This document shows, in pieces, positions 1 to 7,818 of a DNA stretch of 14,090 nucleotides. This DNA is from Candidatus Hodarchaeum mangrovi. Lineage in GTDB: Archaea > Asgardarchaeota > Heimdallarchaeia > Hodarchaeales > Hodarchaeaceae. Position 1 is the stretch's first letter; each line of letters begins with the position of its first letter. The DNA lies in contig JAEOUE010000125.1 of NCBI GenBank assembly GCA_016839515.1, positions 1-14,090 on the forward strand. Reading direction: 5' to 3'. Position numbers and translations under genes: made by a program. A model generated the notes under the pieces. It was not told where the DNA came from. It did not search any database and was given only the letters and a program-made list of their open reading frames with translations.

Positions 1-1
1 C

Positions 2-811
2 ACAGATATTGAAACAGTGAAAGGAGAGGGAAATAATGAGATGAAAGTTGGATTTGGAAGTAGTGCTGCGGCTGTTATTGCGATAATTGGTTCAATCTTA
101 TATTTTCATAATGCGTTTAATTTTTCATTCCGAGATAAAGAATTACTTTTCAAGTTAGGTATCATAGCTCATTATTATGGACAGGGGAAATTAGGTTCAG
201 GATTTGATGTTGCAGCTTCTACTTTTGGTGGAGCTTTGGTTTACAAAAGGTTCGATCCAGAATGGTTACAACAAGAGTTATCTAAAAAATCCCTTTTAGA
301 TGTACTTTATTCGAAATGGCCCATTTTAGAGCATTGGAATATTAAAATACCTAAAAATTTAGAATTAATGGTTGGTTTTACTGGTGTAAGTGCGTCAACT
401 CGAAAATTAGTTTGTGAAATGAAAAAATTTCGGAAAACTAATTTAGATTCATATCAAGCTATTATTTCAGCAATTAAAAAAGTTACAGAAGATCTAATAG
501 AAGAATTTCAAACATCTTCTAAACCAGAGAAAATCAGTGCTTTGTTAGATAAAAATCGAATTCTTTTGGAGGAATTAAGTTTAGCATGCTCATGTCACTT
601 AGAAATTCAACCCCATCAACTCATGAGCTCAATAGCTTCAAGATATGGAGCAGTAGCAAAGTTTTCTGGTGCAGGAGGTGGAGATTGTAGTATTGGGGTG
701 AGTTTTGATAAAAAAATTGCCAAAACTGTACTTAGTGAATGGGAACAACACGGTATAAGAATAATTAATATTGATTTAACTATGGAAGGAATTCGAATAG
801 AAAAAGATTAG
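2..811 (+). CDS. mvaK2: Phosphomevalonate kinase, ERG8/MvaK2-type GHMP kinase (5'-truncated by the window edge)
   Basis: Frame is open to the window start (TDIETVKGEG...). Has the GHMP ATP loop KVGFGSSAA, the ERG8-like segment AHYYGQGKLGSGFDVAASTFGG...YKRF, a ASTxxLV motif and C-terminal AKFSGAGGGDC. Lies near fni. Confidence 0.85.
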   Translation, partial: TDIETVKGEGNNEMKVGFGSSAAAVIAIIGSILYFHNAFNFSFRDKELLFKLGIIAHYYGQGKLGSGFDVAASTFGGALVYKRFDPEWLQQELSKKSLLDVLYSKWPILEHWNIKIPKNLELMVGFTGVSASTRKLVCEMKKFRKTNLDSYQAIISAIKKVTEDLIEEFQTSSKPEKISALLDKNRILLEELSLACSCHLEIQPHQLMSSIASRYGAVAKFSGAGGGDCSIGVSFDKKIAKTVLSEWEQHGIRIINIDLTMEGIRIEKD

Positions 812-859
812 TTTCAATAATACAATCTCTTGGAGCTAATAATCAAAATAAAACGAAAT

Positions 860-874
860 AGAAAGGTTTAATTT
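860..874 (+). promoter_or_regulatory. Candidate archaeal BRE/TATA promoter for ubiX
   Basis: Purine-rich AGAAAG followed by TTTAATTT about 60 nt upstream of the ubiX ATG. The AT-rich context weakens this. Confidence 0.3.
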
Positions 875-932
875 AGCTGATTGTTTATTAAAAAGTTACT
901 TTGGATTAATATAAATAACACGAGGGATTATT

Positions 933-1496
933 ATGACAAAAAAGATCATAATAGCTCTAACTGGTGCATCTGGAATTAATTATGGGATTGAAGTTTTAAA
1001 AGCACTAAAATCTTCAAACGTTGAGACCCATGTCATTTTGAGTGAATGGGCTGAATATGTACTTCACAGTGAAACAAATTTTTCCGTTTCTCAAATCAAA
1101 GAATTAGCTTTTAAGATTTATGATTATAATGATATGAGTGTATCAATTTCTAGCAGTTCTTTTTTAGTTGATGGCATGGTTATTATTCCTGCCACTGTTA
1201 AAACTGTAAGTAACATAGCAAATGGTCATACAGGAGATTTAATAACTCGTGCAGCAGATAATATGCTGAAAATGAAACGTAAATTAGTCATTGCTCTTCG
1301 TGAAACTCCTTTAAGCCCTCCATGTGTCAATAATTTGGCAAAACTTGCTACATATGGAGCAATAATACTTCCGTTGAGTCCAGGATTCTACCATAAGCCT
1401 GTAGAAATACAGGATCTTTTTGATTTTATTACAGGAAAGGTTTTAGACATTCTGGAAATATCTAATGATTTCTATCAAAGATGGAATAATGATTAG
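933..1496 (+). CDS. ubiX: Flavin prenyltransferase UbiX (prFMN synthase)
   Basis: Motifs IIIALTGASG, ETHVILS, LITRAAD, RKLVIALRETPL and PGFYHKP. Typical 187-aa length. Confidence 0.93.
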   Translation: MTKKIIIALTGASGINYGIEVLKALKSSNVETHVILSEWAEYVLHSETNFSVSQIKELAFKIYDYNDMSVSISSSSFLVDGMVIIPATVKTVSNIANGHTGDLITRAADNMLKMKRKLVIALRETPLSPPCVNNLAKLATYGAIILPLSPGFYHKPVEIQDLFDFITGKVLDILEISNDFYQRWNND

Positions 1497-1546
1497 GAAT
1501 GCAATATTAATAATCCCTAACATTTTATAGGCTATTAATTCCTAAT
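1492..1546. repeat. Imperfect inverted repeat between ubiX and fni enclosing a TATA-like element
   Basis: ATTAGGAA(1492-1499)/TTCCTAAT(1539-1546), TTAATA(1507-1512)/TATTAA(1533-1538), CCTA(1516-1519)/TAGG(1528-1531). TTTTATAG at 1523-1530. Confidence 0.5.
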
Positions 1547-1556
1547 ATCTAATATA

Positions 1557-2702
1557 ATGAGAGAGAAATGCATGGAAGTACCTTATAAAACTTCTATTCA
1601 AGAACAAGAGGAAAAAGATCTTGTTACCTCTAATCGAAAATTAGCACATCTTCAAATTTGCTTGGAAAACGATGTACAAGCTCGTTCAGTTAAAACAGGA
1701 TTAAATGATATATCTTTTGTACATAAAGCTATTACTGATCTAAATTTGACAGATATTGATCTTTCAGTTGAGATTTTTAAGAAAAAATTAGACATCCCCC
1801 TAATTATTTCTGGTATGACTGGAGGGCATAATTTTGCTTCTAAACTCAATTATTATCTGTCAGAAGCTGTGGATGAAACAAAAATTGGAATGGGGGTTGG
1901 AAGTCAACGTGCAGCTCTAGAGGATTCTAATTTAAGGGAATCCTTTGAAATAGTTCGTAAAAATGCTCCCAATTCATTAATAATTGGTAACATTGGTTCA
2001 GGACAAATTGCTCTTGGGCTTTCAAAAGAAGAATTTGAAGAAATTATTGATATGATTGAGGCAAATGCTGTTGCTATCCATTTTAACCCATTACAAGAGG
2101 CAATCCAGATAGAAGGGGATACAAATTTAAGTAATTTACATTCTAAAATATCTAATATCATCAAAAATACTAGAACTCCTGTAATAGCTAAAGAAGTGGG
2201 ATCAGGATTTAGTCTCTCCGATATTAATGATATTCAAAATATGAAGTTTAGTGGAATTGATATACAGGGTGTTGGAGGAACCTCGTGGGCTGGTGTTGAG
2301 TCTATTCGAGCTAATTCTTCTATTCTGAAAAGAACAGGTGAAGTTTTCTGGGATTGGGGGATACCAACTGCTTTAAGTACTGTTTTAGCCACAAGATATT
2401 TCAAAGGAGTAATTATTGGTTCTGGAGGGGTTAGAAATGGACTAGATGTTGGGAAGTTGCTTGCATTAGGTGCAGATGTGGCTGGAATGGCTATTCCCTT
2501 TTTATTTGCCACCCAATTTAATTCTTCAGAGCCTGTTGTACAACTTGTTCGCGAAATAGAATATCAATTACGGTTATGTTGTTTTTTAACTGGAAGTAAA
2601 AACCTTGGTGAGTTAAAAAAAGCACCTTTATTGATTACTGGGAAAACTGCTGAGAACTTACGACTTTATGGAATCGATCCCAAAGAATTTCTTAATCGAT
2701 GA
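1557..2702 (+). CDS. fni: Type-2 (FMN-dependent) isopentenyl-diphosphate delta-isomerase
   Basis: Motifs RKxxH, ISGMTGG, GVGSQRAA, IHFNPLQEAIQxEGD, VIAKEVGSG, GGTSWxxVE, DWGIPT and SGGVRNGLD. Start could instead be ATG 1572. Confidence 0.96.
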   Translation: MREKCMEVPYKTSIQEQEEKDLVTSNRKLAHLQICLENDVQARSVKTGLNDISFVHKAITDLNLTDIDLSVEIFKKKLDIPLIISGMTGGHNFASKLNYYLSEAVDETKIGMGVGSQRAALEDSNLRESFEIVRKNAPNSLIIGNIGSGQIALGLSKEEFEEIIDMIEANAVAIHFNPLQEAIQIEGDTNLSNLHSKISNIIKNTRTPVIAKEVGSGFSLSDINDIQNMKFSGIDIQGVGGTSWAGVESIRANSSILKRTGEVFWDWGIPTALSTVLATRYFKGVIIGSGGVRNGLDVGKLLALGADVAGMAIPFLFATQFNSSEPVVQLVREIEYQLRLCCFLTGSKNLGELKKAPLLITGKTAENLRLYGIDPKEFLNR

Positions 2703-2851
2703 GCTTAAAGTATCTTTTTTCAAAATGAAATCATCTTCACTGACACAATTATTCATAAATTTAATAAATTATCAAGTTATATTCTCTTTATTTCTTAAGA
2801 AGGCTTACGAATAGATTTATCAAATCAATTTTTATGAGCAAGAATTGGAGT

Positions 2852-2959
2852 CTTCACAGTAATTCGTGTTTCTTTATGAACTAAAATTGCATATTGTGAA
2901 GCTAAACCTGACCTAGGATTGGGTATGACTATTCAATCTGAATTAAGACCCTGGAGGTC
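2852..2959 (+). promoter_or_regulatory. Structured rpl7ae 5' leader with candidate K-turn and Shine-Dalgarno GGAGGT (2953-2958)
   Basis: Stem CTTCACAGTA(2852-2861)/TATTGTGAAG(2892-2901). GA-TTGGGTA...TATTCAA-TCT-GA (2917-2941) fits a K-turn layout. GACCT(2910-2914) is complementary to AGGTC(2955-2959), which overlaps the SD. Confidence 0.5.
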
Positions 2960-2967
2960 GTAATATT

Positions 2968-3345
2968 ATGAGTAAACCATTCTATGTTAATTATGAACAA
3001 CCCGAAGGATTAGAAAATGATGCGTTAGGTATTTTGGAAACAGTTAGTAATGATCCGACCAATATTCGGAAAGGTACTAATGAAACTACAAAAAGTATCG
3101 AACGCGGCGAAGCAAAGCTCGTTTTTATTGCGCTAGATGTTGATCCACCCGAGATTGTAGCTCATCTACCTCTTCTTTGTAAGGATAAGAAAATTCCTTA
3201 TATTTATGTTAGCACAAAAGAGAATTTAGGAAAAGCATGTAATCTTGGTGTTAAAACTGCAAGCTGTGCTATTTACCGTGAAGGTGAGGCAAAAGCTAAA
3301 ATTGATAATCTAGCTGCACGAGTGAAAGAACTTGCAGGGATTTAG
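2968..3345 (+). CDS. rpl7ae: 50S ribosomal protein L7Ae (eL8), K-turn-binding protein
   Basis: IRKGTNETTKSIERGEAKLVFIALDVDPPEIVAHLPLLC is the archaeal L7Ae signature. SD present. Followed by rps28e. Confidence 0.97.
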   Translation: MSKPFYVNYEQPEGLENDALGILETVSNDPTNIRKGTNETTKSIERGEAKLVFIALDVDPPEIVAHLPLLCKDKKIPYIYVSTKENLGKACNLGVKTASCAIYREGEAKAKIDNLAARVKELAGI

Positions 3346-3359
3346 AGGTGTATTTTTAG

Positions 3360-3575
3360 ATGAGTGAAGAGGAAATCTCGATCCCATCAGAAGTCCTCCA
3401 AATCATTGGACGAACGGGCGTAACAGGTGAGATCACTCAAGTTCGTGTCCGTGTTCTTGAAGGAAGAGACCGAGGACGGATTATTGTCAGAAATGTTAAA
3501 GGACCAGTCAGAAAAGGAGACACTTTAATGCTTCGAGAAACAGAACGTGAAGCACGGAATCTGAAGCGCCCATAA
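3360..3575 (+). CDS. rps28e: 30S ribosomal protein S28e (eS28)
   Basis: [52 protein letters not shown]. SD GAGGTG at 3345-3350. Confidence 0.97.
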   Translation: MSEEEISIPSEVLQIIGRTGVTGEITQVRVRVLEGRDRGRIIVRNVKGPVRKGDTLMLRETEREARNLKRP

Positions 3576-3596
3576 AGATATTAATAGGTGATTACA

Positions 3597-3791
3597 ATGG
3601 TTCGTATATTTCAATGTGGATTTTGTGGTCATGATATAGAACCTGGAACTGGGATATCATTTGTAAGACGAAATGGCCAAGTAGCGCGATTTTGTAGTAG
3701 AAAGTGTCGTCGTTCATTAATCGATTTCAAACGTGATCCACGTAAATTTAAATGGACAAAAAAATATACTCCGATACTGAAATCTACATAA
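3597..3791 (+). CDS. rpl24e: 50S ribosomal protein L24e (eL24)
   Basis: CGFCGxxIEPGTG...FCSRKC zinc motif and RDPRKFKWT. Start moved from GTG 3588 to ATG 3597 because that GTG lies within the SD AGGTGA (3586-3591). Confidence 0.95.
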   Translation: MVRIFQCGFCGHDIEPGTGISFVRRNGQVARFCSRKCRRSLIDFKRDPRKFKWTKKYTPILKST

Positions 3792-3862
3792 ACTAACAGA
3801 GTTTCCCAATTTTCCTTTTTATGATTTTTATGCTCCAATAAAAGATTTAATACTGTTTTAAA

Positions 3863-4615
3863 TTATTTAGATTCCTTTGATTTCGAATTATCTTCTTTAA
3901 GTTCCTCTTCTTTTGGTTCTTTCTCTCTATAATCAAAAATATCAAGGAATCGCACTTCTTTAAACTCTAAATAATCACGTAAATCAGAAGCGAGTGTATA
4001 TTTTGATATTGCTAGACCTTCCATGAAAATTAAATAATTCGGTAATGTAATGGTAATTATTTCTAAATCGTTTGAAGTTTCTACCTTTATGTCTTCCATA
4101 TTCACACTTGAAAAACGACGTGAGATTATTTCTTTTTGAATTTGGGAAGCATCATTAATTTGCTCAACTACAGTGACATCAAAACTAAGGTCTTTTCCTG
4201 CTAAGGGATGATTAAAATCAACACGAGTTCTTCCTCCACCTACAAAGATGATTTTTCCATATTTACCTTGAAATTGTATTAATGCACCTACTCGGGGGTC
4301 TATTTTAGCGTTACATAATTTTTTTGTAGGAACCATTTCAATTTTTCCACTTTCTCTTTCTCCGTACGCTTCTTTCGTAGGTATTTCAAAAGTTTGTGTC
4401 TTATTAATTTCTAATCCAACTAATTTCTTCGCAAGACCCGGTATTAAAAACTTCTCATCACCAGCACGACATAACATTGGTTCATATTTTCGTTTTTCAT
4501 CAAAGATTGCCTCAGAACGAGCAATGTCTTCTAATGTTGTATCAAAGACCTTTGCGTTTTCTTTGAGGCGACCGATATAATCGATTTTTATCCAATCATT
4601 TTCAGCAATAGGCAT
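3863..4615 (-). CDS. slyD: Long-type archaeal FKBP peptidyl-prolyl isomerase / SlyD-like chaperone
   Basis: IKIDYIGR...VFDTT, LIPGL, EAYGER, GGRTRVDFNHPLAGKDL. About 100-aa C-terminal domain with a charged tail. Confidence 0.92.
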   Translation of the reverse strand: MPIAENDWIKIDYIGRLKENAKVFDTTLEDIARSEAIFDEKRKYEPMLCRAGDEKFLIPGLAKKLVGLEINKTQTFEIPTKEAYGERESGKIEMVPTKKLCNAKIDPRVGALIQFQGKYGKIIFVGGGRTRVDFNHPLAGKDLSFDVTVVEQINDASQIQKEIISRRFSSVNMEDIKVETSNDLEIITITLPNYLIFMEGLAISKYTLASDLRDYLEFKEVRFLDIFDYREKEPKEEELKEDNSKSKESK

Positions 4616-4644
4616 TCTATTCCCTCTTGATCTTTAATAGATTT

Positions 4645-5112
4645 TTATTCTTTCTTATTATTAAGTCGGTTAACTTTAACCATCTTCAATCGATATTCCT
4701 GATTGCAATCAATTGATTTATCTAAGATATTTATAATTTTCAGTTTTTCACCATCTTGAAGGTATTCTGGGCAGCAATTATGTTGATAATAAGGACAAGA
4801 AATTAACTCACATTTTCTAGGAGTAAAAGTGATAATAGCACCTTCAACAGCTAATTTTGCTCCTGTTGTGACCAAATAAGAGGATTCAAAGATTTCTACA
4901 GTCTTTACTCCTTCTTCAAAAATATTACACTGATGAATGGTCTCTCGAATACCTGAAACCTCATATATATGGTTTTCTTCAAGCTTTAAACAAGCTCCAC
5001 GTAACCGACAATCAGAGCATTCTGAGGTTTCACCAAGATAGAGAAACTTATTTCCGATCTTCGACTGTTTAACACCTAGTAATGTAATTTCAGGCGGTTT
5101 CTTTTCAGTCAA
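4645..5112 (-). CDS. UPF0179 family archaeal Cys-rich protein
   Basis: ITLLG...GNKFLYLG...ECSDCRLxxxC...YEV...HQC...EGVxxVE...AVEGA...CxxxxC pattern. TTG start with SD AGGAG (5123-5127). Confidence 0.85.
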   Translation of the reverse strand: MTEKKPPEITLLGVKQSKIGNKFLYLGETSECSDCRLRGACLKLEENHIYEVSGIRETIHQCNIFEEGVKTVEIFESSYLVTTGAKLAVEGAIITFTPRKCELISCPYYQHNCCPEYLQDGEKLKIINILDKSIDCNQEYRLKMVKVNRLNNKKE

Positions 5113-5218
5113 AGGGCTTAATCTCCTAGAAAAAAACTTAATTTTTTATAAATGGTGTAAATATGCTCATATTAACGTAATTCATTTAGATTTCTATGAA
5201 TGTCCGATTATCATGAAA

Positions 5219-5788
5219 TCAGACATTAGAGGAGAGAGAAGGGAAATATTCCCGCTCATATTTTATCATGTCCTCTTCTGTGTGACACTTTTTATAATTG
5301 TTTAATAGGTTAGCATTCAGAGTAAGAAATTGAATTCCCCAATTAAATACAGATAGAATATCCTCAGCCATTTTTACATAGTCCAACAGAATAAAAGCTG
5401 CGGAAAGAGCTTCAACACTGCTTAATTTAGCTGGTTTTCCATAATTCACAGGATTAGCTGCTAAAAGAGTAGGTAATCTTCTAGAATTTGAAAATTTAAT
5501 GTTAAAAATAGATTCTGCTTGGTTCCATGAACAATCAAGTACTGTTATACCCGAACGTAAGAAAATAGGTTGGTCACTTATACAAAGGGTACGAGGACTC
5601 ATGGGGTTTAAAATGATTGAGAATCGTGGAATTTTAGCAGGATTTTTAACTAAATTTAAACCTTTTAATTGTTTAAATCTTCCTTGTTTATATAATCGCC
5701 AAACTTTTAAACTAGAACATTTTTTAGGGTCACATTGGGATGTATAATACACCGTTATATTTTTTGAAAGGGAAGAGTTATTTTTCAT
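5219..5788 (-). CDS. tsr3: 16S/18S rRNA aminocarboxypropyltransferase Tsr3
   Basis: QCDPKKCS, LDCSW, RRLPxLLAANPVNYGKPxKLSSVEAL, FNWGxxFLxLN. Overlaps the ABCE1 stop by 11 nt. Confidence 0.95.
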   Translation of the reverse strand: MKNNSSLSKNITVYYTSQCDPKKCSSLKVWRLYKQGRFKQLKGLNLVKNPAKIPRFSIILNPMSPRTLCISDQPIFLRSGITVLDCSWNQAESIFNIKFSNSRRLPTLLAANPVNYGKPAKLSSVEALSAAFILLDYVKMAEDILSVFNWGIQFLTLNANLLNNYKKCHTEEDMIKYEREYFPSLSSNV

Positions 5789-7619
5789 AATAATATTCGC
5801 CTTGATTTTTTTGTTGGCGATCTAGTTTGGAATCAAACTTATTCACTCGAGGGCGTCCAGATCGTGGATCACGGCGAAATGTAATCTGCACATTTCCAAG
5901 AAATCTATTCATCCCAAGACGAACAGAGGAGGGAGCATAAGCTTTTCCATATATACCTGATTCTCCTAAAAAAACTATTATTCGATCACTTACATAATCT
6001 TGAAAGACAATATCATGTTCAACTACAAAAGCTGCTGAATTTCGGGATTGAACAGCTTTCCGAATCATTTTTGCGGCAGTTAATCGGTCTTCAATTGATA
6101 AAAAAGCTGAAGGTTCATCAAGAAGGTATAAATCAGCCTCTTTAGCTAAAGTACTGATAATGGAGACTTTTTGTAGTTCTCCACCGCTTAAAAATTTTAA
6201 AGGTTGTTCAAGTAACTCTTCTAGGTTAAATGGACGTATATAATCGGTTTTGAATTGAGGAGTTGCTGAAATTGAGCCAGTAGATTGAAGTAAATAGGTT
6301 TGAACAGGTAATTCGCTTTCTGAGTTGATATATTGAGGTTTATAGGCAACTTTTAATTTTGGTTCTTTCTCCTCTGTTGTCTTTTTTTCGGTCATTTGGC
6401 CATTTTGAAGACTAGTTTGCGCAACGGTGCCTTTAGTTGGAGATTCGAGACCTGCTAACATTTTTATAAATGTAGTTTTTCCAATTCCGTTAGGTCCGAG
6501 AATTCCAATAACTTCACTTTTCTGGATGGTTCCTTTACGAACATCTAAAGTAAAATTACTTACATCATAAGTTTTGGATATATTATCATATAAAAGAAGA
6601 GGACTCGTTGTAAGATTTTCTTCACGAACAGAGGATTTTTGAATTACAATAGAATAATCCCGAAAACGCATATTTTCTGATGGTATAAATCCATCTAAAA
6701 ATATATTAATACCTTCTTTTTCAGTATAAGGTTGTGAAACGACTCCGTATGATGATGGTGAACCATAAAACGTAGTAACATAATCAGATAAGTAATCCAA
6801 TACAGCTAAATCGTGTTCAACTAGAATTACGGTTTTTTTATAATCTACTAAGCTACGAATTGCCTTTCCAACACGTAATCGTTCATTAATATCTAAATAG
6901 GAAGAAGGTTCATCAAAAAGATATACGTCTGCATCTCGAGCTAGTGCGACTGCAACAGCAAATTTTTGTAATTCACCACCAGACAAGATTCTTATTTCTC
7001 GGTCCCAGATTTTTTCTAAGGCTAAATTTATTTTAATTTCATCTAAAACGCCCCTTTCATTTAATCGACTAAGCGTTTCTTGAACAGTTCCCTTAATCTG
7101 GATTGTTATGTTGTCGATGTATTGAGGTTTACGAATACAGCGAATTTGTTTATCAATAATTCGTCCAAAATAGTTTTGAAGATCCGTTCCTTTATAAACA
7201 TCATATACACGCTCCCAAGATGCTTCAGAATTAGGTTCACCAAAATTTGGAATAATATCACCAGCTAAAATTTTGAGAGCTGTTGATTTCCCAATTCCAT
7301 TTTGTCCCACTAACCCATTAACACTATTAGATTTAATAATCGGTAAACGAAATAATGTAAATCCATTAGGGCCAAAACGATGTGTAAGATCCTCGTCTAA
7401 ACGTTCTGGGGTATTAATTATCGTTAAAGCATGAAATCGACAAGTACGAGCACAGATACCACATCCTGTACAAAATTGTTCATGAATGATAGGTTGAGAT
7501 GTTGGGGTAGTAAACTCAAACATTTCGGTTCCAGATCGTACAACAGGACAGGAACCTCGACACTCCTTAACACAGCGTTTGGGTTTACACTTATCTGGAT
7601 TTAATACGACTATTCGCAT
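5778..7619 (-). CDS. rli1: Ribosome recycling ATPase ABCE1/Rli1 (2x[4Fe-4S] domain plus two ABC domains)
   Basis: N-terminal CxPxxCxxECxxxCP...CTGCGICxxxC. Two Walker A motifs (GQNGIGKST, GPNGIGKTT), two LSGGELQ, DEPS, VEHD, and C-terminal FRRDxxSGRPRVNK. Confidence 0.98.
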   Translation of the reverse strand: MRIVVLNPDKCKPKRCVKECRGSCPVVRSGTEMFEFTTPTSQPIIHEQFCTGCGICARTCRFHALTIINTPERLDEDLTHRFGPNGFTLFRLPIIKSNSVNGLVGQNGIGKSTALKILAGDIIPNFGEPNSEASWERVYDVYKGTDLQNYFGRIIDKQIRCIRKPQYIDNITIQIKGTVQETLSRLNERGVLDEIKINLALEKIWDREIRILSGGELQKFAVAVALARDADVYLFDEPSSYLDINERLRVGKAIRSLVDYKKTVILVEHDLAVLDYLSDYVTTFYGSPSSYGVVSQPYTEKEGINIFLDGFIPSENMRFRDYSIVIQKSSVREENLTTSPLLLYDNISKTYDVSNFTLDVRKGTIQKSEVIGILGPNGIGKTTFIKMLAGLESPTKGTVAQTSLQNGQMTEKKTTEEKEPKLKVAYKPQYINSESELPVQTYLLQSTGSISATPQFKTDYIRPFNLEELLEQPLKFLSGGELQKVSIISTLAKEADLYLLDEPSAFLSIEDRLTAAKMIRKAVQSRNSAAFVVEHDIVFQDYVSDRIIVFLGESGIYGKAYAPSSVRLGMNRFLGNVQITFRRDPRSGRPRVNKFDSKLDRQQKNQGEYYYEK

Positions 7620-7818
7620 ATTTTCATCAAGCTCTGAAAATTAAATTACCAAATAAAGCGAGAATGTGTTTAATTAAAGAACTTTCAGCCATAAAACCGG
7701 ATAACTTAGTCGTCCTCTGTAAATTTTTTTATTGGAAAAATGATGATAAATATCTCTGAAAAAATCTTCCCATTGGTTTAAAAATAATAAAGTTCAAAAA
7801 GGAATAATTATCTAAAAA

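Noticed and set aside
1652-2512. Three minus-strand ORFs (65, 86 and 92 aa)
   Set aside because: Antisense shadows of fni.
3588-3596. GTG start for rpl24e given in the ORF track
   Set aside because: The GTG is part of the SD AGGTGA. ATG 3597 has suitable spacing and gives a typical N-terminus.
3629-3838. 69-aa minus-strand ORF
   Set aside because: Antisense to the conserved rpl24e.
5499-7268. Plus-strand ORFs 5499-5747 and 7080-7268
   Set aside because: Antisense shadows of tsr3 and ABCE1.
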